64,000 bases of DNA, from assembly GCF_020745735.1 (NCBI RefSeq), contig NC_083449.1:5926923-5990922 (forward strand), written 5' to 3'. The translations under genes and the position numbers were made by a program. The number at the start of each line of letters is the position of its first letter. Position 1 is the stretch's first letter. Below, in pieces: positions 53,480 through 64,000 of this stretch. The notes beneath the pieces were generated by a model. It was not told the origin of the DNA, made no database searches, and was given only the letters and a program-made list of their open reading frames with translations. Source of the stretch: Hemiscyllium ocellatum (Eukaryota).

Positions 53480-55600
53480 TTGAGAACTTCACTCTCCCAA
53501 TCACATAGCAGAAACTGGCATGTATACATCAATTCCTAAATTCACACAAGGAGAGCAGAAATTGACATGTATACATCAAGTTCTAAACTCTCGTATGGAC
53601 ACAACCAAAACTGATAGACATTGATTGATATCTGCTCTCACATATTCACATTGCAGAAACTGAAAGGGAAGGAACGATAATCATGGACACACATATGACA
53701 GGTACAGGTTGATAACTAGACGAACACATTCACAGCAAAACCTAACCGGTACAGTATGATAAGTGAATTTGCACATTTATAAACAAGAAGCTGATAGTGC
53801 AGTTATTAATTGTATCTAACAGATGCACAGAGCATAATCTAACAGGGTCAGGTTAGTTAATAACTCTGACATGCAGGTGGCAGTAAATTTCAGAGCAAGA
53901 TTGATAACTACATACTCATTCATAAAGCAGATTAGATTGATTATGCTACCAATTTCAAATCATATAAATTGACATGTACACTTCGATAATGACACTCGTG
54001 TATTCACAGAGAAGAAACTGACAGGCAGAGATTGATAACTAAACAAAAATTAGTGAAAAATTCACAGGTCTGGCAGCATTTCAGGTCTAGTGATCGGCCC
54101 TCAGAACTGATGATGGCAAGGAAAATGCACACAATGTGGTCTCCTCTATGTTGGGGAAACTGAGTGTAGATTGGGTGTCCACTGTGCAGAACACCTACAT
54201 TCTACAAAGACCATGAGCTTCCAGTTGCCTGCCATTTCAACACACCACCCTGTTCCCTGGCCAACATCTCTGTCTCAGGCTTGCTGCAGTGCTCCAGTGA
54301 AGCTCAGTGCAAGCTGGAAGAACAGCATCGCATTTTCTGCTTGGGATCTCGACAGCCTTCTGGACTCAATATTGAGCTCAACAACTACAGAGCTTGAGCT
54401 CTCCCATGTCATTACCTAAACCCCACATATCCGGCCTTGTTAACATATAGTCTGCTATTATACACCACCAATTGTTAGCCACTAACAGGCCTTAGCAAGA
54501 GGCTATTCACACCTTTAGTCTGACAGTTATCCACTCCTTTGTCTGCCCTACTGTTCTTCTCTTTCTTTGGACTCTATCTCCATCTGTATTTTACTCGTCA
54601 CCCTTCCGCCCACCCTACCTTCTGTAGAAAAACTAATACACCAGAAAATACAGAAGTTTGAATACACCACCCAACAAACTCAGCTTCTCTGCTGTTATCA
54701 GACTTTTGAATGAACTGCTCAAATTTTAAGGCGGAAGTGGGTACTGCAGTTGCTGGAAATTATTCAAGATTAGAGTGGTGCGGGAAAAGCACAGCAGGTC
54801 AGGCAGTACCGGGGAGAAGGAAAATCAACCATTCGGACATTCCTGATGAAAAGCTTTTGCCCGAAACATTAATTTTCCTGCTCCTCAGATGCTGTCTGAC
54901 CTGTGTCAAATTTTAATGTTAATCCCCCTCTTTGCAGCTTTAGTACTGGATTGTGGATTCTGTTCTATTACTCTGATGCATTTTGAATGATATTATCTGC
55001 ATGTAAAGCACACAAAACAATACTTTCTTTTGTATCTCAGAGCATGTGACAATAATAAATCCGATCAAATCTAATGGATAGCTACACTCTTATATTCATA
55101 TTGCAGAATCTGAGAGGTACGGGTTGATAACTACAGTCACACAAACTGACAGGAAACAAATGAATAAATACACTCAAATACTGTCATTACAGAGCCTAAC
55201 AGGGAAGGCTTGATAATTAAACTCTCACATTCGCAAAGCAGAAATTGATAGCGACAGGTGAAAACTCAGCATATTCACATCGGAGAAACACATAGGGACT
55301 TATTCAATTTATTGAAAATGTATGAAATGTATTTACAACCAGTCCCTGGCAGGAGCTCAATTACCAATCTGCACCTGTCAGTTTATGCAATGTGAATGTA
55401 TGAGTGTAGTTATCAGTCTGTCCCTATTTGTTTCTGTGATGAGAAAAATGTAAATATATTTACCAGAGAGTGACAAGGACAGATTGATAATTATTCACTC
55501 ACATATTTGCATAGATTATATGGATTGATAATTATAGTTTGATAATTACACTCTGATATTCACTGAGCAGGAACTGATAGCTATGGATAGCAAGGAAACT
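53480..55600 (-). repeat. 47-49-bp minisatellite in reverse orientation (53480-54045, 55075-55600), interrupted by Penelope remnants
   Basis: cagaaactgacaggtacagattgataact units. Confidence 0.8.
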
Positions 55601-55840
55601 TTCATATCCAGACATGCATTTGCATTAGATTATCCCATTTGTCAAGGCGTTGGTGAGTAGCTGGCTCTTAATGAATTGTTTTTAATACAGTCACCAAGGA
55701 GCAGCTAAGGCCAAGAATAGAATCAGCCCTGTGGTCCTGTTGGAATTGCTTACTTGAAGGAAGAACAGCCTAATGATTATTAAATTATTACATTGACTTA
55801 ATGTTGATTTACAGACAATCTCTCATCTGTCTTCCTCCAG

Positions 55841-55922
55841 ACAATTACTTGAAGGACCAAAACCGTGTAACATGGCTTCGGTACAAAGCCAAGTGTGATC
55901 AGTTCCTTCTAACAAGCAGCAG
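55841..55922 (+). other. 82-nt repeated exon, copy 6 (mirror paralogue of copy 2)
   Basis: Acceptor tctgtcttcctccag, donor CAG|gtatgt. Confidence 0.6.
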
Positions 55923-56129
55923 GTATGTTACTGCAGTCAGACTGAAGAACTTTCCATAGTTAGAGCAGATTAAAATAGACACACATTGACTCAATTTCCA
56001 AAAAGAAATTTTCAAATCAAGAGTCAACTACTTCAGAGGAATTACATTTTTTTTCTCTCTCTCCATTCTTTACGTACATCACCCCTTTTGCCAATAATTG
56101 TTATAACTCTCAGCCATAGAGGTATAGAC

Positions 56130-58150
56130 TTATAGAGATATAGAGCACAGAAACAGACCATTCGGTCTGACCAATCCATGCCAACGTGACATTCAAAACT
56201 AATCACGTCCCATTTGCCAACACTAGTGCCGTTTGCCAGTATTTGGCCGATATCCCTCTATACCATTCCTATTCATGTCGCATCCACATGCCTTTTAAAT
56301 GTTGGGATTGTTCCAGCCTCCACCACTTCCTGTAGCAACTCATTCCACACACACACCACGTTCTGCGTGAAATGGTTGTCCCTTAGGTCTCTTTTAAATC
56401 TTTCTGCTCTCACCTGAAACCTATGCCCTCTAGTTCTGGACCCCCCCCACCTCAAGGAAAATACCTTGTCTATTTTGTATCTTCATGATCCTTCTGATTT
56501 TATAATGGTCAGAATTTTATAAAGGTTATAAAATTCTATAAGGTCACCCCTCAGCCTCCAACACTTCAGGAAAACAGGCTCAGCCTCTTCAGCCTTTCCC
56601 TTTCGCTCAAACACTCCAACCCTGGTAACAATCTTGTAAATCTTTTCTGAATATTTCATGTTTGCCAACATCCTTTCAAAAGGAAGGAGACCAGACTTGC
56701 ACACAATATTGCAAAAGCGGCCGAACTAATTACCTGTACAGCTGCAACATGACGTCCGAACCCCGATACTCTATTTTGGACCAATAAGGAACAGCATACT
56801 AAATGCCTTCTTCATTATCCTATCGACTGGTGACTCCACTTTCAAGGAACTATGAACCTGCACTTCATGGTCTCTTTGTTTAGTAATACTCCCCAGGACC
56901 TTATCATTAAGTGTACAATTCCTGCCTTGATTTGCCTTTCCAAAATGCAGCACCTCAAATTTATCTGAGTTAAACTTCATCTGCCACCCCTCAGCCCATT
57001 GGCCCATCTGATCAAGATCCCGTTGTAATTTGAGGCAACCTTCTTTGCTGTCCACTACACTTCCAATTCTGGTGTCATCTGCAAACTTATACCTCATACG
57101 CTCACATCCAAATTATTTATATAAACAATGAAAAGTAGTGGACCCAGCACCAATCCTTGTGGCACTCCACTGGTCACAGGCCTGAAGTCTTAAAAACAAC
57201 CCTCCAGTACCGCCCTCTGTCTTCTACCTTTGAGCCAGTTCTGTATCCAAATGACTAGTTTTCCCAGTATTCCATGAGATCTAACCTTGCTAACCAGTCT
57301 CCCATGGGGAAAACCTCTTTGTTTTCTTCAAAAAACTCAATCGAGTTTGTGTATCATGGTTTCCCATGCACAAAACCATGTCCACTGTCCCAAATCAGTC
57401 CTTGCCTTTCGAAATTAATCTAAGTTCTGTCCCTCAGGATTCCCTCCAACGTCTTGCCCAACACCGATGGCAGGCTCACCAGCCTATAGTTTCCTGGCTT
57501 TTCCTTACGACTTTTCTTAAATAGTAGCACCACTTCAGCCAACCTGTAGTCTTCCGGCACCTCACCTGTGACTATCGAGGTTAAAAATGTCTTGCAAGGG
57601 ACACACCAAACACTTCCGTAACTTCCAAAAGTAGTTCTACGGTTTGCCTGATCAGGTCCTGGGGATTTATCCACCTTTCAAGACATCCAGTATTATTACT
57701 TCTGTAATATGGACATTTTCCAAGATGTCACCATCTATTTCCCTACATTCTTTATCTTCCATGACCTTCTCCACAGTAAACACTGTTGCCAAATACTCAT
57801 TTAGTATCTCCCCTCATCTTCTGTATCTCCACACAAAGGCTGCCTTGCTGATCTTTGAGGAGCCCTAATCTCTCCCTAGTTACCCTTTTGTTCTTAATGT
57901 ATTCATAAAATCCCTTGGGATTCTCCTTAAAACGATTTGCCAAAACTATCTCATGTCCCCTTTTTGCCCGCCTGAGTTCCCTCTTAAGTATACTCCTATT
58001 GTCTTTCTCTCTTCTAAGGACTCACTCGATCTCTACTGTCTATACCTGACACATCTTTCCTTCTTTCTCATAACCAAAACTTCAATTTCTCCATCATCCA
58101 GCATTCCCTACACTCTTCAGACTTGCCATTCACCCTACATGGAACACTGT
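56130..58150 (-). mobile_element. CR1/HER1-like LINE fragment inside the inverted duplication
   Basis: KFADDTRIG, DKSPGPD, KPGNYRLVSL on minus strand. Confidence 0.85.
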
Positions 58151-58859
58151 GCCAAAACCTAACAAATAAAACTGCAGAAGTTAGAGGCTAGAAACAAAAG
58201 GAGAAAGTGCTGAAAAAATACTCAGCATGTCTAGCAGCATGTGTGGAGAGAAAGTAGAGTTAATGTTTTGGGGCCAGTAACTGTTATTCAGAACAGAGTT
58301 TCTCCAGGAATTTGTTTTTATTCCTGATGATAGGGAATAATTACTGCAGACACACACAGCAACTGATTAATTCAGAATTAGTTCAAAATATAAACACCAT
58401 AATTGCAGAATAGGACGAACAGTTATGGAGTTCCATATGTACTGCAGGCAACAGGAAATGATCCAATCGAGATGAATATCACTCACATGGAGTCATTGTG
58501 GTCTGCAGCAGTCAGAAACATCCAGCTAACAATTCTACTCCCATTCAGACAGCATTCCATTTCCATAAATATATCATGGTGGCAGAGCAGTGCCATATCC
58601 ACCTTTAGCACAACATCATTCTTCATTTCTCCAACTTGCAAGTTCAGATTTTTTAATGACTCTATCTTCATCAAAAAGGTTTCTTGTGCCGTTGTTTCAA
58701 ATTAACTTTCATTTCCTGCAAATAGCCCTGCATTCCTATGAAATCTGATATAAAATACAAGAAAACGCAATACCATTTTCTCAAATATTCAATACGATCA
58801 CGTAATCATAATTTGAAACAATAGAGTAGGAAAGATTTAGTGAGATAATAGAACATAGA

Positions 58860-60770
58860 ACATGATAGCGCAGTATTCTACTGCATTTTCATCCATATGT
58901 TTATCCAATGACCATTTAAATGCCCTTAAAGTTGGTGAGTATACTACTACAGTGGCATGTAGAACATTCCACACCCCTACCACTCTGAGTAAAGAAACTA
59001 CCTCTGATGTGTGTCCTATATTTATCACCCCTCAATTTAAAGCAATGTCTCCTTGTGCTAGCAATCACCATTGGAAGAATAAGACTCTCACTGTCTACAC
59101 TATCTAACCCTCTGATTATTTTGTGTGTCTCTGTTAAGTCACTTCTCAATCTTCTTCTTTCTAGTGAAGCCTCAAGTCCATCAGCCTTTCCTCATAAGAC
59201 CATTCCCTCCAGACAAGGCAAATCCCAGTAAATTATCTCTGAACCCTTTCCAAAGCTTCGACATCCTTCCTGTAATGTGTTGACTAGAACTGGACACAAT
59301 TTTCCAAGTGTTGCAAAAACAGACAAACAAATGATGACGACACAGTTACTGTAATGCAAATGTGTGACTAACCGTCTCCATCGGTCAGTTTTGTTAACTT
59401 CAGTCACACATTTGCATTACAGTAACTATCAAGGATGGATTAATAACCACACTCTTATTCACAAAGCTAAAACTGACAGGAATCGAATGATAACTACACG
59501 CTCAGTTTCACACAGCATAAACTGACAAGTACAGTCTGCTAACAACACTTATATTCACAGAGCAGATTCTCACAGGTACATATTGGTACCTGCACTGTTC
59601 ACATTGATCAAAAAGGATCTGACAGGTAGAAATTGATAAATAAATTCACATATTGACAAGGCAGAGATTGAGGGGCAGAGATTGGTAACTGCATTCACAT
59701 ATTGATTTAGGAGAAACTGACAGGTACAGATTAATATTGACAGTCTGAATTCACAGAGCAGGAACAGACTGGTAAATACACTCACACATTCACATTGGGG
59801 AAACTGACAGGTGCATATTGATAACTATATTTGGACATTCACACAGCCAAAACTGACAGGTAGAGATTGATAGTTGCATCCACATAGAAGAAACTGATAG
59901 ATACACATCAACAAATTCATTGGTTATATAAATGATTGAGTTGGGTATTGAGGATATAATGTCTAAATTTGCAGTTGACACTAACCCAGGGAGAAGAGTG
60001 AATTGTGAGGATGATGCTGAGTGACTTCACAGGGAGATTGACAAGTTGGCCAAATGGGCAGAAACCTGGTAGATGAATTCAAATGCAGACAAATGTGACA
60101 TAATGCATATTGCTATCAGTAACACACAGCAACAATGCAGGGTCAGTGGTACATCTTTGAGGGGAGCACTGGAGCAGAGGGACCTCTGGGTTCATGCGTA
60201 TCTTGGCCAGGCAAACTGAAACCATTGTGAAGAAAGTTTATAGGATCCTTGCAGTTATCAATAGAGGCAATGAGTATAAAACTGAGGAAGTGATGCTATA
60301 CCTCTACAAATCATTGGTCAGACCAGATTTGTGTTCAGTTCTATTTAAGGAAGGATCTTCAAGCTCTGGAGAGGGTCCATTGAAGATTTACTAGGATGAT
60401 AGCAGGAATGAAGGATTTTACATACAAGGAAGGATTAGTGACACCAGGCTTCTTCTCCTTGGAGCAGAGAAGATTAAAAGGGGGACCTTATGGAGGTGTT
60501 CAAAATTATGAAGAATTTTGCCAGAATAACTAAGAATATTTTGTTACCACTAGTTGGTATACCAGTAACTAGGGGTCACAATTTCAAGATTATCAGCAAG
60601 AGAGCTAGGAGTCACATAAGGAGACTATCTTTATTCAGAGTTGTTAGGATTTGGATTGTACAGCCTGGGATCATGGTGGAGTTAGATTCCATGTCAGGAA
60701 TGAAAAAAAAGTTGGATGTGTATTGACAGTGATGAATTGAGAGGGCAATGAAGATAGGGCTGGAAAACAA
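58860..60770. mobile_element. CR1 3' fragments (- at ~58860-59320, + at ~59915-60770)
   Basis: HKIIRGLDSVDSE; LYKSLVRP, TRGHNFKI remnants. Confidence 0.7.
59400..59915 (-). repeat. 47-49-bp minisatellite, reverse orientation
   Basis: Same consensus. Confidence 0.8.
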
Positions 60771-61176
60771 TCCTGCCTTAAATTATTTCCGGCTCACCAC
60801 AATTTAAACCAAAGTTGGAGAGTACATTCAATTCATTGGCTTGTCTGCCTCCACCCATTTGCCAGGAAATCAAGTGGACGCTCAAGTTCAGGATGAAGAG
60901 CATAAAATCTCAAATCTCTGCCATCAGCAGTTGGATCGTGCTACAGCGGGACAAATTGACACACAGAGTTGTAGGAGAGGCTATTATTCAGATGGTTTCT
61001 CAAGAAAAGTCCATCTTTCAAACTGATATCTTGTTGAGTGAATTTAGGCAAAACCTAGCCTCATCACAGAAACATGACATTGCTCTGCCCTCACTTCCAT
61101 TTCCTCTCTATTTGCTGGAAGATAGATTTTCTGTTGACCGATTTGTGAAGCTTCACAGGCTTTCTTCTGTGCTGTC

Positions 61177-61308
61177 TCACAATATCCGTGGAAGGTTGGC
61201 ATAAATGTTTCGCTCTTCATCTTGACCTGGTTCCTCATCCCCTCCTGTATCTGTGTGTCCCAGGGTGGCGTATGTGATGCAGGGTGGTTGCTGTTCTGCT
61301 TGGTCAAC
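61177..61308 (-). CDS. Probable terminal coding exon of an ITIM-bearing inhibitory receptor
   Basis: Acceptor ttcttgttgacctgttttcag, phase 0; VDQAEQQPPCITYATLGHTDTGGDEEPGQDEERNIYANLPRIL*, with ITIM ITYATL and distal NIYANL. Confidence 0.65.
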   Translation of the reverse strand, partial: VDQAEQQPPCITYATLGHTDTGGDEEPGQDEERNIYANLPRIL

Positions 61309-61344
61309 CTGAAAACAGGTCAACAAGAAATGCAGTAGATAGGA

Positions 61345-62635
61345 GCAGGACCAAAATTGGTGGCATTTTGGACACAGAAGGAGGTTATCTAAAAGTACAA
61401 TAGGCGGCACGGTGGCACAGTGGTTAGCACTGCTGCCTCACAGTGCCAGGGACCTGGGTTCAATTCCCACCTCAGGCGACTGACTGTGTGGAGTTTGCAC
61501 GTTCTCCCCGTGTTTGCGTGGGTTTCCTCCGGGTGCTCTGGTTTCCTCCCACAGTCCAAAGATGTGCGGGTCAGGTGAATTGGCCATGCTAAATTGCCCA
61601 TAGTGTTAGGTAAGGGGTATATGTAGGGGTAGGGGTATGGGTGGGTTGCACTTCGGCGGGTCGGTGTGGACTTGTTGGGCCGAAGGGCCTGTTTCCACAC
61701 TGTAAGTAATCTAATCTAAAAAAAAATTTGATCAACTGGGCCAGTGGCAGATGAAGTTTGATTTAGATAAATGCGAAGTGTTGCATTTTGGTAAGTTCTG
61801 GTCAACCTGCTGTAGAAAGGATGTTGTTCAGCTAGAAAAGTTGCAGGAAAGATTTACAAAGATGTTACTAAGATTGCAAGGTTTGAGTTATAATGAGAAG
61901 CCTCATAAGCTAGGAGCTTTTCTCCCCTGGAGCGTTGGAGTCTGAGGGGTGACCTTATAGAGGTTATAAAATCACGAGAGGCACAAAAAAGGTAAATAGC
62001 TATGGTCTTTAGGGGTGTCCAAAACTAGTGGATATTGGTTTAAGGTGAGAGGGAAAAGATTAAAACGTGACCCGAGAGGCAGATTTATCACACTGAGGGC
62101 AGTGTGTATATGGAATGAGCTGCCAGAGGAAGTGGTAGAGGCAGGTACAATTACAACATTTCAAAGTTACATGGGTAAGAAAGGTTTAGAGAGATATGGG
62201 CCAAGTGCAAACAAATGGGACTAGTTGAGCAATTTGAAAAGGTTTGTAGCTCAGGTTGAGGTTCTGGATATGGTTTACTCACTGAGCTGGGAGGTTCATT
62301 TCCAGATGTTTCATCGCCCTACTAGGTAGTAGATGGGGTCTAACTCGATGTGTTTGTTGATAGAGTTTTGGTTAGAATGCCATGCTGCAAGGAATTCTTG
62401 TACATTTCTCTGTTTGACTTGTCCTACGATGGATGAGCCTCTTTCACTAGTATCCTTAGATACAGATTAGGAAGGACACCACTTCGACTGAGCCAACCCA
62501 TACATCTTATGACTGGAAATGAACCTCCCAGCTCAGCGAGCAAACCTACATCTGGGACTAGTTGAGTTTGGGAAACCTGGTCGGCATGGGTGAGTTGGGC
62601 TGAAGGGCCTGTTTCAGTGCTGTATGACTCTATGA
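61345..62635 (+). mobile_element. CR1/HER1-like 3' fragment in the receptor-gene intron, interrupted by an HE1 SINE and a fold-back element
   Basis: FDLDKCEVLHFGK, WNELPEEVVEAG; HER1-type tail. Confidence 0.7.
61403..61717 (+). mobile_element. HE1-type tRNA-derived SINE, full length
   Basis: GGCGGCACGGTGGCACAGTGGTTAGCACTGCTGCCTCACAG head, B-box GGTTCAATTCC, V-SINE core TGTGTGGAGTTTGCACGTTCTCCCCG, (TAATC)n tail. Confidence 0.9.
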
Positions 62636-62962
62636 AAATGGATGGGAAGAACAAACTTTGTCTAAAAGACAATCAGAGTGTACAGGAGGAGCTGTGAATA
62701 TCTGGGGTTATTATACAGAGCAATTTCTCTTGGCAAAGCACATGATTGGAACAAGCCTAAAACTGACCCTGACAAATGTTATTTCTCTGTACTCTGAACA
62801 GGATGTGTTCAGGTGGGAAGTGGATGCAATTCCAAAATGTTCTTGAACCAATCGACTTGCTCAGCCAGAAGGCAGTGAAGAGCTTACAAAGTGTAAAGAG
62901 TCACATGCAGAGCAGATCAGGTAAGGAGGGCAGATTTCATTCTCTGAATGACCATCACAGAC

Positions 62963-63088
62963 AGAGAAAACCCACGCAGAGAAGGGGAGAATGTGCAAAC
63001 TCCCAACAGACAGTCACCCGAGGCTAGAATTGTTCCTGGGTTCACTGCGCTGTGAGGCAGCAATGCTAACCACTGAGCCACTGTGCTA
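62963..63088 (-). mobile_element. HE1-type SINE 5' fragment
   Basis: tRNA-like head on minus strand. Confidence 0.7.
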
Positions 63089-63406
63089 CCCAATGTTTTT
63101 GCCACTGGCCATGTCAGGGGTTGGTTCGCTCAGTTGATTCTACAGTTGGCTTACAATGGACATTCAGGCTGACAGCATGCAGTTCAATTGCTGCTCTGGT
63201 TGAGATTGCTGTGAATGATCATTCCCTGTGCCTTAGATGTGGTGACCCTCCGGTTAAACCATAAAACAATTGTTGCTTTTTCTCTCTTTTTCTTCCCCAC
63301 ACCTCTCTCTCCCTTTCTCTAATGAGACAATGGTGACTTTACGCTAAAAACATAACTTCACTGATTAAAAATCAACTAATGTCTTTTTCACTGCAAAATA
63401 CCTTAC

Positions 63407-63438
63407 GTGTTTCCTTCCTGCTGCACCATTACAGTAAA
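63407..63438 (-). CDS. Probable 32-nt penultimate cytoplasmic exon of the same gene
   Basis: Acceptor gtcttttcttttatttacag, donor CAC|gtaagg; phase 1 to 0, xYCNGAAGRKH, in frame with the terminal exon. Confidence 0.55.
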
Positions 63439-63519
63439 CTGTAAATAAAAGAAAAGACATTTTACCAAAGGTACATATCTAAATGAACTGGGAGAGGATG
63501 CACGTGGAGATTTACTTGC

Positions 63520-63960
63520 ATATTGCCTTGTGGGCTGGAGAGTTTCAATGATTGAGAGAAGTTGGACAAACTGGGGTTTTTGTCCTTATAGCAGAGTAAA
63601 TTGAAAGAGCGGGATGTATAAAACGATGAGGGGTGAAGATAGAGTAGGCAGGAAGAAAATTTCCCCCCTTGACGGAGGTGGGGCATGGGACAAAGATTGA
63701 AGGTAACAGTCAGGAGGTTTTGAGGGGATGTGAGGAAAAGGCAGGAGAATGGGGTGAGGAATCTGGAACTCACTGCCTGTAAGGGTGAGCGAGGCAGAAA
63801 CTCTCATCATTTTGAAGGAGGATTTAAATGTGCATTCGTGACGCCAAGGATATGGGGCCAAGTGCTGGGGAAATGGGATTAGGGAATAGTGAGGTGGTTT
63901 TTCTGACCGGCACAGATTCGATGGGCCAATGGGCCTTTTTCTGGGCTGTCGACCTCTTGG
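63520..63960 (+). mobile_element. CR1 3' fragment
   Basis: Degenerate ORF2 C-terminus and tail (tggaactcactgcctg, gatgggccaatgggcctt). Confidence 0.6.
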
Positions 63961-64000
63961 AAATTATGCCTAACTCACTTTGAGATTAGTATTCTACATC

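Larger units (their letters stand above)
55075..58990 (-). repeat. Right arm of inverted segmental duplication
   Basis: E.g. ctggtaaatatatttacattttt (~22530) vs aaaaatgtaaatatatttaccag (~55444); ttctattatctcactaaatc (17556) vs its reverse complement (~58834). Confidence 0.85.

Noticed and set aside
60815-61204. 129-aa plus-strand ORF
   Set aside because: No recognisable domain; antisense to the presumed 3' UTR of the ITIM gene.
61403-61470. tRNA gene
   Set aside because: It is the tRNA-derived head of an HE1 SINE, continuous with the SINE core and tail.

Overview
Vertebrate genomic DNA, almost certainly a shark or other elasmobranch (HE1-type tRNA-headed SINEs, HER1/CR1-type LINEs, abundant Penelope-like elements). 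It is a dispersed replication-dependent histone cluster. Intact genes with 3' stem-loop and purine-rich HDE are H4 (2021-2332 +), H2A (4299-4688 -), H3.2-type H3 (43132-43542 -) and a divergent H1 (44304-44984 -). An H2B pseudogene (5613-6369 -) is split at codon 6 by a 5'-truncated Tx1/L1-type LINE with a 9-bp target-site duplication. Much of the rest is degraded CR1 LINEs, Penelope elements and their hammerhead-bearing pLTR fragments, HE1 SINEs, two solo LTRs and a degenerate 47-49-bp minisatellite. The main structure not explained by these features is: (i) a repeated, probably non-coding spliced unit (three GC-rich first-exon modules plus six copies of an 82-nt exon), partly arranged as a large inverted duplication around H3/H1; (ii) a ~47-bp E2F/MYB/CHR-like motif in four copies; (iii) a five-element nested transposon stack; (iv) the last two exons of a probable ITIM-bearing inhibitory receptor entering from the right edge on the minus strand. 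All calls and identity estimates were made by eye; TE boundaries are approximate unless a TSD is quoted.
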